From contig CM060733.1 of NCBI GenBank assembly GCA_030704615.1, positions 43,772,001 through 43,836,000 of the forward strand: a DNA stretch of 64,000 nt, given 5' to 3'. The translations under genes and the position numbers were made by a program. Under the pieces are notes generated by a model. That model saw only the letters and a program-made list of their open reading frames with translations, was not told the origin of the DNA and did not search any database. This stretch comes from Takakia lepidozioides (lineage: Eukaryota > Plantae > Bryophyta). Below, in pieces: positions 38,177 through 48,310 of the stretch; position 1 is the first letter of the stretch; the number at the start of each line of letters is the position of its first letter.

Positions 38177-38974
38177 GCGATGAGTTGGAGCTGTCGATGA
38201 TACCACCAGCGTGCCGGGCTCGTCGTCACTCTGTCATTGACAAAAATCGTGAAAACCAACATCGGTGCAAAAACCAGCATCGCAACGAGCAGCGCAACCA
38301 CCATAGCAACAATCGTGTAGCAAAAATGAAAACATAACAAGTTTAGGAAGTATGGAGAGCCATGCAACAACAATGAAAACAAATGCAACCATTGCCTAAG
38401 AATGACATGCACAAGCAGCCTTCTCCAGAGCTGCCGGATTTGCACACGCATTGCAAACAATCTAAGGTTCACTCAACTATCTAAAGTTCACTCATCCAGC
38501 GAAGCCAGGATGAAGATGCAAAAACAAAGCGAGGTAACAAAGCGAAAGCAAAAAAGAAATCAAAAAACCGAAAGCAGAAGTGGCTTGCCTGAGAGTACTC
38601 GGCTTCAGTTGGCGCGGGTTGTGAGCAAGACACTGGAATCTCCTGCTGGAGCTTCAGTTTGGCCATGCGAGAGATTGGCCGTCGTCCGTAGTACAGAGCT
38701 TTCAACTTCCGCCGCGGTCTGGATGTGAGGTCTCTCTCAGGAGAGCCACGCCCTTCAGGCGGCATAAGTCCCAGCCAAAAAGATCTCCTTTTTGGGGTAC
38801 ATGCCTCGAATAGCATGTTAAGCCAAGATTAGCATGAGATTTAGGGTACGTGTCCAGGAAGCCATGCGTCGCCAGCCCGAATGATAACCGACGGCGGTGG
38901 ACATTTATTGCCCACTGCGCAATTAAATGTCGGATGAAGCCCTCCATGTCGGATGAAAATCGACGTAAACAGTC

Positions 38975-40750
38975 CCGGAATTTCCAACGTAGAGGTAATT
39001 CGGAGCGCGCGGATGGAAATCCAGCGCCGAATTTCCATCCGCGAGGTAGGGCGGCGCGCCAAATTTCCCCACGCAGGTAATTCGAAGCGCGCGGATGGAA
39101 ATCGGCGCCGAATTTCCATCCGCGCAGGTAGGGCGGCGCGCCAAATTTCCCTCACGCAGGTAATTCGGAAGCGCGCGGATGGAAATCCGGCGCCGAATTT
39201 CCATCCGCGCAGGAGTAGGGCGGCGCGCCAAATTTCCCTCACGCAGGTAATTCGGAAGCGCGCGGATGGAATCCGGCGCCGAATTTCCATCCGCACAGGT
39301 AGGGCGGCGCGCCAAATTTCCCTCACGCAGGTAATTCGAAAGCGCGCGGATGGAAATCCGGCGCCGAATTTCCATCCGCGCAGGTAGGGCGGCGCGCCAA
39401 ATTCCCTCACGCAGGTAATTCGGAAGCGCGCGGATGGAAATCCGGCGCGGATTTCCATCCGCGCAGGTAGGTTTCATCCGCAAGGTGGGCGGAGAGCGGA
39501 TGGATGGAGATCCGGCGCCGAATTTCCATCCGGCATGTAATCGAATCCTGGATGCATGGAAATTCGGCGCCGAATTTCATCCAGCAGGTAAGTGAATCCC
39601 GGATGGATGGAAATCGGCGCCGAATTTCCATCCTGCAGGTAAGTGGATCCCGGAGGATGGAAATTCGGCGCCGAATTTCCACCCTGCAGGTAATTCGAAT
39701 CCCGGATGCATAGAAATTTGCGCCGAATTTCCATCCTGCAGGTAATTCGAATCCCGGATGAAGAAATTCGGCGCCGAATTTCCATCCTGCAGGTAATTCC
39801 TCGCTTCAGAATTACCTTCCTGCAGGTAATTTCATTGGGAATTACCTTCGTGCAGTAATTCTGAACGAGGAATTACCTCCTACTTCATCGATAGGAATAC
39901 CTGCAGGAAGGTAATTCGAGCGATGAAATACCTGGCGAATGGAAATTCGGCGCCGAATATCCATACGCCAGCGATCCGACTTACCTGCTGGATGGAAATT
40001 CGGCGCCGAATTTCCATCCATCCGGGATTCGAATTACCTGCAGGATGGAAATTCGGCGCCGAATTTCCATCTGGGGGATGGTCTCTGTCGGAGAGGTGCC
40101 GGCCTCTCCGCCGCTCTGTTGGATATTCGGTGCCGAATTTTCGTCCGGGGGTTGAAATATGACGGCCAGGTGCCGACCTCTCCCCCCTCCCCGACTGCAT
40201 TGAACGGCCCGGATTGAAATTCGGCGCCGTTTTCCCATCTGGGGAGGTTTTTATGTCGGCCAGTTTTCGGTCTGACCCCCGACAACGACTTCCTTTGGGG
40301 GGCCCGGATGGAAATTCGGCGCCGAATCTCCATCCAGGGGGATGCTCTCTGTCGAACACGTGCCGACCTCTACGCCCGAGGCGACTTCATCCGGGCGTCC
40401 CTGTTCGATATTCGGTGCCGAATTTCCGTCCGGGGGTTGAAATGTGACGGCCAAGTGCCGGCCACTCCCCCCTCCCCGACTGCATCTGAACCGCCCGGAT
40501 GGAAATTCGGCGCCGTTTTTCCATCTTGGGATGTTTTTATGCCGGCCAGTTTTCGGCCTAACCCCCCGACACGACTCCCTTTGGGAGGCCCGGATGGAAA
40601 TTCGGCGCCGAATCTCCATCCAGGGGATATTCTCTGTCGCACACGCGCCGGCCTCTGCGCCCGAGGCGACTTCATCCGGGCTTCCCCTGTTGGATATTGG
40701 GTGCCGAATTTCCATTCGGGGGTAGTAATGTGACGGCACGGTGCCGGCTT
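38975..40750. repeat. Composite intergenic array (~85-bp, ~53-bp and ~285-bp units) around palindrome GGAAATTCGGCGCCGAATTTCC, with an orientation switch near 39840
   Basis: ctgcaggtaattc units to the left and gaattacctgcag units to the right of ~39840; long units at ~40045, 40306 and 40592. Confidence 0.92.
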
Positions 40751-41103
40751 CTCCCCTTCAGCCGTCATCATCCGGACGGCCCCCACTTTCTGACTGCATA
40801 CCGTTGGCAGTTATTGCGCAAAGACCAGGGGCCGCATTCCGGAGACAAGGTTCATTAACACTCTGACTGTGGATTTTTGAGATAGTTGGCTCCCTGGATT
40901 TGGATCAGGCTTCGTCGCTCGGACAAATCGGCATCGCATTCATTCCCATCGCTGCATCCCCCTTCTACCAGGGAGCTTCCCCGCACGCCATCCTGGCAGT
41001 CTTGTGTGCACATCTCCCATGGCGGAAAACCGAGCGCTACAGTGTACTGCCCTCCTCACGAGCATAGAGCTTCATTTCCGTGTAGAGGGGACACTGCCGG
41101 GTG

Positions 41104-44100
41104 ATGGAGAAATATCTGTGCGTTCGATACCACCTGAAACCGGGGTCGGTTTTTTTGGAGGAGGAAAGGAAGGACTCTAACGGCCTTGTTGTCGAGAGTA
41201 TTGTTGTGCTCCACGATGATTTCGGGATGGCAGGGAATGGCGAGTTCCACCATCGGAACAACGTCATATACAGGGCTGTTGGGGACTTCATTTGCCCGCC
41301 AAATGCACCTTCTATCCTGGCGCCTTCCACGAAACAATCCGCGAATCAGAGAGTGGCTACCTCAAAGAGAGAAGTCCGCAACGAAGTAAATCCAGAGCCG
41401 AACCCATCCATGAAGACGAGCGAGAACCGGGTTGTTCACAACCTGTCCGACTCAGACGAGGTCATGGAAGTTCCGAGGTCGTCCTGGAGATCAGGCAAGT
41501 CCTCAATGGACGTCAGTGGAGGAGGGAGTCATATTCCCAGCACGAGCACCGCAGTTCGATCTATTCTTGAAATTTGCGAGGGCTTCACCTGGAGGGACAC
41601 CGGTCGGAGCTGGCCGGGCTGGACTACAGCAAGTTCGCAATTAAATCGGTTACATGCCTTCCCGCCGACGTCGACGGTAATATCTTCTTTGAGTTCCCTC
41701 CTCGGGCGGACTACTCGAGGGCGTCCGGAATGTTGACAGATATGGATAGAAAACATGACGGTCATCCTTGGTGCGTTACCAAAACCACCAGCATGAAGAT
41801 GCTCGATGGTGTGCGGGTGCGCTACGTTGTTTGTGTGGGCGCGTTGCGGTGTTTCTCCCCAACTTGCTTCCACTTTAAATCCAGAGGTCACAGGAACGAG
41901 ACCGATTGGACAGGCACAGCTCACCAACCATTTCGAGCTCAGGAGAAGGTTCCGAACTCCACATTTAAGTGTGCGCATTGCAAAGAACCACCACACTGCA
42001 TGTCTGTTTGTAATGCCAAGCAGTTCTATGTGTTGCACCGTTTCCCTGACCTCACCCGAGCTTGCATACACGTTGGTTCCCATTGTCACAAATTGGCGAG
42101 GGGGAACTCGCGGGAGGCTGCCCACGAAGCAGAGCAGCTCGTTCAGGAGGAGGTTAAGTTGAGACCGGGTGCCAAACCCAAACAGATACAGCTCCAAGCC
42201 GCCCATAAGATGGCATTGGCCAGAATTATGTCGGAAGACGGCTCCGATAGAGTTCCTCTCGACGAGAAGGAAATGGAGGCATTGCTGGAGTCGGTGTCCC
42301 ACGTATGTTCACCGAATGTCCGAAACCACATTGTCTCATGCAAACAGAAAATTGGGCGTGGCTCGGATATGCACTCCATTCTGGAGGTGAAGCGACGATG
42401 TGGATATGACTACATTCATGGAAGTAGGTTTCCAGGACAAGGGACTGAGGCAGATCGTTGTTTCGTATTCAAAATGTCCACGTGTGGACCTGGCAGCGGC
42501 GTCGAACTGGTCGACAGGATGACGAGTGGGAACTTGTCAAACAGTTGGGTCATGTTCGACCATATCAAGCGAATTACAAATCACCAGTGGGTGACAATGG
42601 GTGCACATGTCTACGACACCCACTGCAGGATGCTAATGACAATTGCTATTTGTGAGATGAAAGGAGAGGACACACAATCGGAGATGCTTCTTTGGCAGGG
42701 AATAAACGAACAGATGGCCAAGGCGGGATTGCCCCCTCCCAATTTCCGTGGTTTCATGGCGGACAACGCACAAGCAAATTGGGCTGCCATCCGAAGGGTG
42801 TACGGGCAAGACCCCAATGTTCCCATGGAAGGCAAGGAGAGATCTTGTGGGTTCCATTTTCTGCAGAGCCTTTCGCAGTACACAACCAGGCTCGTGGCGC
42901 CAGATTTCAAAGAGGAGCACCGTTCCATGTGCCTTGCGTGGAAGCGCGCTCCCACCTTGGATGATGCAGAGACACAGTTTGCATGCATACGGGCTTGGTG
43001 GACATCGTCAGGTGCTGTAAGGAAATCAGACGAGGGAGCAATGGTCAGTTGGCTAGCATGGTGGCATTATCGTTTCCTCCAGTTCGGCGACTATATGCGG
43101 GAGGTGAGTTGCACGAATTCGCGTCCCGTTGAATATTATTCTTGGCCATATTTGTAACTTGCTTGTAACCTGAACATGTGCTTGTGCAGGAAATGTGTCT
43201 CGACTCCGACACCGACATGCCCACGACAAACATGGCCGAATCAGTGCACTCTTCCTGGCGTGCCTCCTCTGCGGCGCATCTGGTGGACATCCTCACTGCC
43301 ACAACGGAGGACATTGTGAGGTCAATTATGCAGCAATGCAGGTACAACGAGTTCTTGAAAGGGAAACAGTGGGGCTTGGGGCCGGACAGGCAGGAAATGC
43401 TGATGCGGACTGCCTCTAGATCGAAGAATCCTCGGAAGCGGGCGGCGGCCTTGCGAGAGGGCCTTCGGGACACGCCATTGCTGCGAAGAGGCCAACATTT
43501 GGAAGGAGATGTTCATACCCGTCCAGTGAGACGAAGACTTGACGAGGCACCTGACGGAGAAGAGGATTCATGGCGAGCTGACAAGAATATTCGCACGCTC
43601 CCTCGTGGTCCGGTGATGTTGCCCAAGGAGGTCTCGTCTAGCACCGCAAGTCCTGCACGTTCAAGATCGCCATCTCCTTTGAGCACAGGGCGCGTGCCCC
43701 GGCAACATAACGAGCCATCTGTAGTAAAGCAGTACAACATTCCCATTGTGGAGACAAGAGTGTCGGAGTCACAATGGAGAATTGCGAGGACATTGCCGGC
43801 ATTTCGAGGGAAGTGCTGCGCCATTCGGGTGGATACGAGAGCACGCTGTGGTGAGATGATTCGGAGGAACGCACACGGTGCTGTACCTGCACCTTGTTTC
43901 AGCGGCAGATTTTTGACTCCCACATTTGCTCACGCCACAACGCAGACATTTTGGTTCTGTAGGCATGACATAATGACCTATATATTTGGCAAGCCCAAGT
44001 ACGGAATTCAGGGAATGCCGGAGCCTCTGGGCGTCTGGCCTGTTGCACCGGGTTGCAGCCTCTCTCAGAATGAGGCGGATGCTCTATCTGCAGCAGGATT

Positions 44101-44607
44101 TCGAATGGTGCAACGCACAGACATCCGGCCCACGCATTTCCGGTTCCTCAGACCCAGCCATTGCAGACTGCTCGGTCCAGTAGAGACGGATTAGACAATT
44201 CTGCACATCCCACAATGCGATTCGGAAGAGTGAAGAGACGACACCCTCCCAACAAGTTGAATGAGACTCGGATTGCCAATGCTCTTGGGATGGCTTGCAC
44301 TATTCAGAGCTCCGTGGACGTACCCCCACCCGGCCTTGGGCGTGTGTATCGGATGGCAACGGCCGGCTCGGCTGTACGCGACGATGTATACACAATTACG
44401 ATTGGAGTGGAGCCGACTTGCAATTGTACGGACTTCTCGTTGATGGAAGCAAAGAAGGGTTCGAAGTATTATCCGTGCAAGCATCTGTATTACATCTACC
44501 TGAAGAGGTTGAGGATGAACGTGACTATTGATGACTTTATTCATGCACCGGCGTTGAGCGTGAACGAGCTGCACAAACTCCTCCTTAGGGATTCCAAAAA
44601 TCATTGA
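41104..44607 (+). CDS. MULE/Mutator-type DDE transposase with N-terminal GCM-like zinc domain and C-terminal SWIM finger
   Basis: D (VMFDH, 42558), D (FMADNA, 42762), CxxH (CGFH), E (TTNMAES, 43238). Phase-0 intron 43104-43189. SWIM CNCTDF...PCKH. Two 1-nt frameshifts at short homopolymers (~41575, ~44130). Confidence 0.92.
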
Positions 44608-44759
44608 TGGGGCAAACGGAATCCTCCATATGGATATTTTCAAATGCATTTTGCTGTATCAGACTTTTATTTGCAGTGTAATGAAATGCACCCCAAAACT
44701 CCTGGAATGAGGCAATATTCCATTCAAACTGAGATCCAACAGAAGCAGTTGTGGGGCCA

Positions 44760-45195
44760 TTTCTGGAAAAATGGCGCCGAATTTCTCTTTTTGGGGCCGA
44801 AAACTGGCTAAGTCCCAACATGCACTGGTACCTGTGTCTGGGAAAATGGCGCCGAATTTCTCTTTTTGGGGCCGAAAACTGGCTAAGTCCCAACATGCAC
44901 TGGTACCGTGTTTGGAAAAATGGCGCCGAATTTCTCTTTTTTGGGCCGAAAACTGGCTAAGTCCCAACATGCACTAGTACAGTGTCTGGAAAAATGACGC
45001 CGAATTTCCCTATTTTGCGCCGAAAACTAGCTAAGTCCGAACATGCACTCGAAAAATGGCGCCGAATTACCTGTCATGAGGGGACCTATAGCCGCGGAAT
45101 TCGGCACCATTTTTCGCCAGAGAGACCTATTACCGCGAAATACGTCGCCGTTTTTTCAGGTTACGGACCCTATTACCGCGAAATTCGGCGCCATA
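44760..45195. repeat. ~74-bp subterminal tandem array sharing GGCGCCGAATTT and ggctaagtccc with the intronic array
   Basis: Units at ~44766, 44842, 44916 and 44988. Confidence 0.9.
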
Positions 45196-45563
45196 TTTGC
45201 ACATGTCGCTGGGAATTGGCATGAGCGGAAGACGAAATATCATGAGCACAACTGTCAAAACTGCAATTTTCCCTTCAAGGGGCCAAATAATATATTTGTT
45301 TTTCCTGACACATTGCATTAAATTATTGTTTTTTATTGTTTTTTATTTTCGAAATTTGTACTTCTGCTCATGAAAACCGATTGTCTTACTACTCTGCTCA
45401 TGCCGCTCATGCCGCTCATGCTCATGAAATAGCAAACCTCTCTGGGAGCGACAGCTCACAAATCAGGCCCCTTAGTAGTGAGAGGAGAAAATAACCTCTT
45501 TCATTTATGCGCCAAGATGCGTAGGAATGGGGGCACCACACACGAACCATACCACACCCATCA

Positions 45564-45632
45564 AGTAGCAAGATTTGACCCTAGAATCGTCCGGGTTGCA
45601 CTCAGTGCACTTAACCAACTGAACTACTGACT
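45564..45632 (-). pseudogene. tRNA-derived sequence (SINE-head-like)
   Basis: Minus strand reads TAGTTCAGTTGG (A box) ... GGTCAAATC (B-box-like) with tRNA-like spacing; stems are imperfect. Confidence 0.5.
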
Positions 45633-45659
45633 GTTGGTAGATATTAAAAAAACGAAAAA

Positions 45660-46095
45660 TTATGCGACCACCCCCCTGCTGGTGGTCGCATCTATTAAAT
45701 AAAAGGAAAATAGTGCGACCACCAGCAGGTGGTAGTCGCACCTATTTGTTTTAAACAAAATTTCTGCGACCACCCCTCTGCTGATGGTCGCGCCTATTAA
45801 AAAAAAGAAAAATTATGCGACCACCTCCCTGCTGGTGGTCGCACCTATTAAAAATAAAAATAAATCTGCGACCACCCCCCTGCTGGTGGTCGCACCCATT
45901 AAAAATAAATAAATAAACTGCGACCACCCCTCTGCTGGTGGTCGCACCTATTAAAAAAATAAAATTTTTCCGACCACCCCCCTTCTGGTGGTCACACCTA
46001 CTAATAAAAATAAAAATTCTGCGACCACCCCCCTGCTGGTGGTCGCACATAATAAATAAATAAATAAATGCGACCACCCCTGCTGGCGGTCGCAG
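45660..46095. repeat. ~8 GC hairpin repeats (~55-60-bp period) with A-rich spacers
   Basis: tgcgaccacccc(c)tgctggtggtcgca repeated, separated by aaaataaa-type linkers. Confidence 0.9.
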
Positions 46096-46736
46096 CTATT
46101 ACTAGCGTGCGCGGTCATGATGACAGCGCGCGCCCTGAGTGTGGAGGGGGGGGCTTATAAGGCCTTGGAGGCCATTCTCTCCCTCACTTTTCTCCATACC
46201 AAGACTTGGTGGGCGATGGGATGTTGCATTCCTTGTCATTGAGTCCAAGTGGAGAGGGGTGCTATTGGTTGGGTGGGGGGTATTTTGGGCCGTTGGATTC
46301 TACAAAATCGATGTTGAGTACCTCCCGGGAAGCCCTCCTCTGGCACCCACGTTTTTGTCATTGCACATTGCGTCATTTCACTTAGAACTGCCGAGGGAGT
46401 GACACGTGCCTCAACGACGCTACCGCGTGAGCCTGGCGTGTGAGCGTGTGAGCCTACGCTCACGCAGCTGACGTGGCGTGAGCCTGGTCCAGGTCATGCC
46501 ACGTCACCACAAAGAAGGTGGGCCTATAACCGTGGGGCCCCCAACTGCTGATATCACCACATGAAGGTGAAACGGATGAAGGGTTTCGGGCTTTCTTGGA
46601 GTTCAACCTTCTGTTAATAGGAGCTTCATTTCCTAGAACTGAAATGAACTTTGTGTTAACACGAGGTTGATTCGGAGAACTTCATGTCAACCTCGTGTTA
46701 ACACGAGGTTGACATGAAATTCTCCGAATCAACCTC

Positions 46737-47752
46737 CTGTTGACAACCCTTGCCGATCCCAGAGGGGACTTGGGAAAACGTCTCGATGGATTTCATGACT
46801 GCTATGCCACTGTCAAAAGGATTCGATGCAATCATGGTGGTGGTGGATAGGTTCAGTAAAATGGGCCATTTCATCCCCACCAAGGAGACGGCAACGGCGC
46901 AGGAAACAAGACGACTTTACTTCGCCCACGTCTTAAAGCATCATGGAGTCCCGAAGGATATTGTCTCGGACCGCGATCCAAAGTTTACGAGTAAATTTTG
47001 GAGGGCACTTTGGAAGAAGATGGGGACGAGGCTGAAGATGAGCACCGCCTTCCGACCTACGACTGACGGCCAAACGGAAAGAATTAATTCCGTAGTGAAG
47101 CAGATTTTGCGGAATTACGTGTCCGCAGACCAAACAGACGGTGGCCGACGCACGAGAAAGAGATGAAGGCGGTGGTGCATTGTCTTGAGCTTTGGCGCCA
47201 CTATGTTGGTTCCAACCCAGTGAAGGTATTCACGGACAATGTCACGGTGAAGTATTTTGCCACGCAGCCCAAGTTGTCCCCAAAACAACTTAGGTGGCAA
47301 GATACTTTGGCGGTGTTCGACGTGGATATCCAGTACAAACCAGGACGGGACAACGTGGTGGCCGATGCTTTAAGTAGAAAGCAGCAGCTCTTGTTGGTGT
47401 ATAGGGGCGAGACGGCGCTCCAAAGGAAGATCCGGAAGGTTTGCCGGAAGGATGAGCTGGCGAAGTCCGTGATGCAAGACTTGAGGATGGGGGTTAAATT
47501 GCAGTTCCACTTACAAAATGGACTGCTCCGGTATAAGCAAAAGCGTCTCTACGTGCCGAAGGGAGGGATCAGAGATAGCCTCTTGAGAGAATGCCATGAT
47601 AGCCCGCTTGCGGGCCACGGCGGAGCCAAACGCACTGCGGCACTATTGAAGAAAGAGTATTTCTGGCCCAAACTGAGGGAGGAGGCAGAGGAGTATGTCA
47701 AGACATGCACCACATGCCAACAAAACCGGAGCGAGTACAAAAAGCAAGCGGG
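46737..47752 (+). mobile_element. Circularly permuted 1,016-bp RNaseH-integrase fragment of the gypsy-1 family
   Basis: 46737-47139 corresponds to 14402-14803, followed by 47137-47752 corresponding to 13785-14400. Confidence 0.9.
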
Positions 47753-48032
47753 TCTTAGAACTAAAATCAACCTTGTGTCGGCACAAGGGGGATTTGGAAA
47801 ACTCCAAGTAAACCTCGTGTTAACACGAGGTTGATTTGATCATCTGTCTATCTGAAGGTAGTTTCTTGTGCTAATGAAAACAGAATGACAGACCAATGCG
47901 ACAAATGCATTCACCCACGCATAGCAAAGATGTTAGACGACATACATTGAGAGACACTGGACTTGAACAGTCATTCCATTACAAGTTGTAGTCAAGGAAA
48001 ACACAGATTTCGGAGTGTTAAGTGAATGCTTT

Positions 48033-48225
48033 CTATGGGCTTGTATCCCGCTGTACAAGTGTGTTGACTTCGTTGAAACTCATAGTGGCTTGGTGAATGA
48101 AGAAGTCCCGCTTTGGATCACAAACCATCCTTCTCAAGAAGACAAAGTAAAGGTGTTTGCACGGTATGAACTTCCCTCTCTTTCCCGGTGCTGGGTAATT
48201 GGGGCACGGTCCACTGCGTATTTCG
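48033..48225 (-). pseudogene. SWIM-finger 3' tail of a MULE transposase (family B)
   Basis: PCKHLYFVFLRRM...FFIHQATMSFNEV aligns with PCKHLYYIYLKRL...DFIHAPALSVNEL. Confidence 0.8.
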
Positions 48226-48310
48226 GTGCTGAAATACCTTGTGCATTGCGAACTTCTTCTTGCATGATGCATCAGTAGAATGATTTTTGCTGAACTGCCT
48301 CGTGATTGCA

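Larger units (their letters stand above)
32059..45440. mobile_element. Complete 13,382-bp Mutator-superfamily transposon (family A, copy 2) carrying a transposase and a ParB-MTase gene
   Basis: Left TIR GGGGGCTGCTATTTCATGAGC; right TIR (reverse complement) GAGGTTTGCTATTTCATGAGC; CATGAGC subterminal repeats; TSD TCTGGGA at 32052-32058 and 45441-45447. Confidence 0.93.

Noticed and set aside
38841-40786. Many overlapping ORFs (MEIRRRISI...) in the arrays, also at 30.8-31.9 kb and 44.6-45.0 kb
   Set aside because: By-products of GC-rich tandem palindromes, open in several frames on both strands; some run through Ns.
45660-46095. CRISPR-like look of palindromic repeats with spacers (also the 95-bp arrays)
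   Set aside because: Spacers are near-identical or low-complexity rather than unique, there are no cas genes, and the context is eukaryotic TE.
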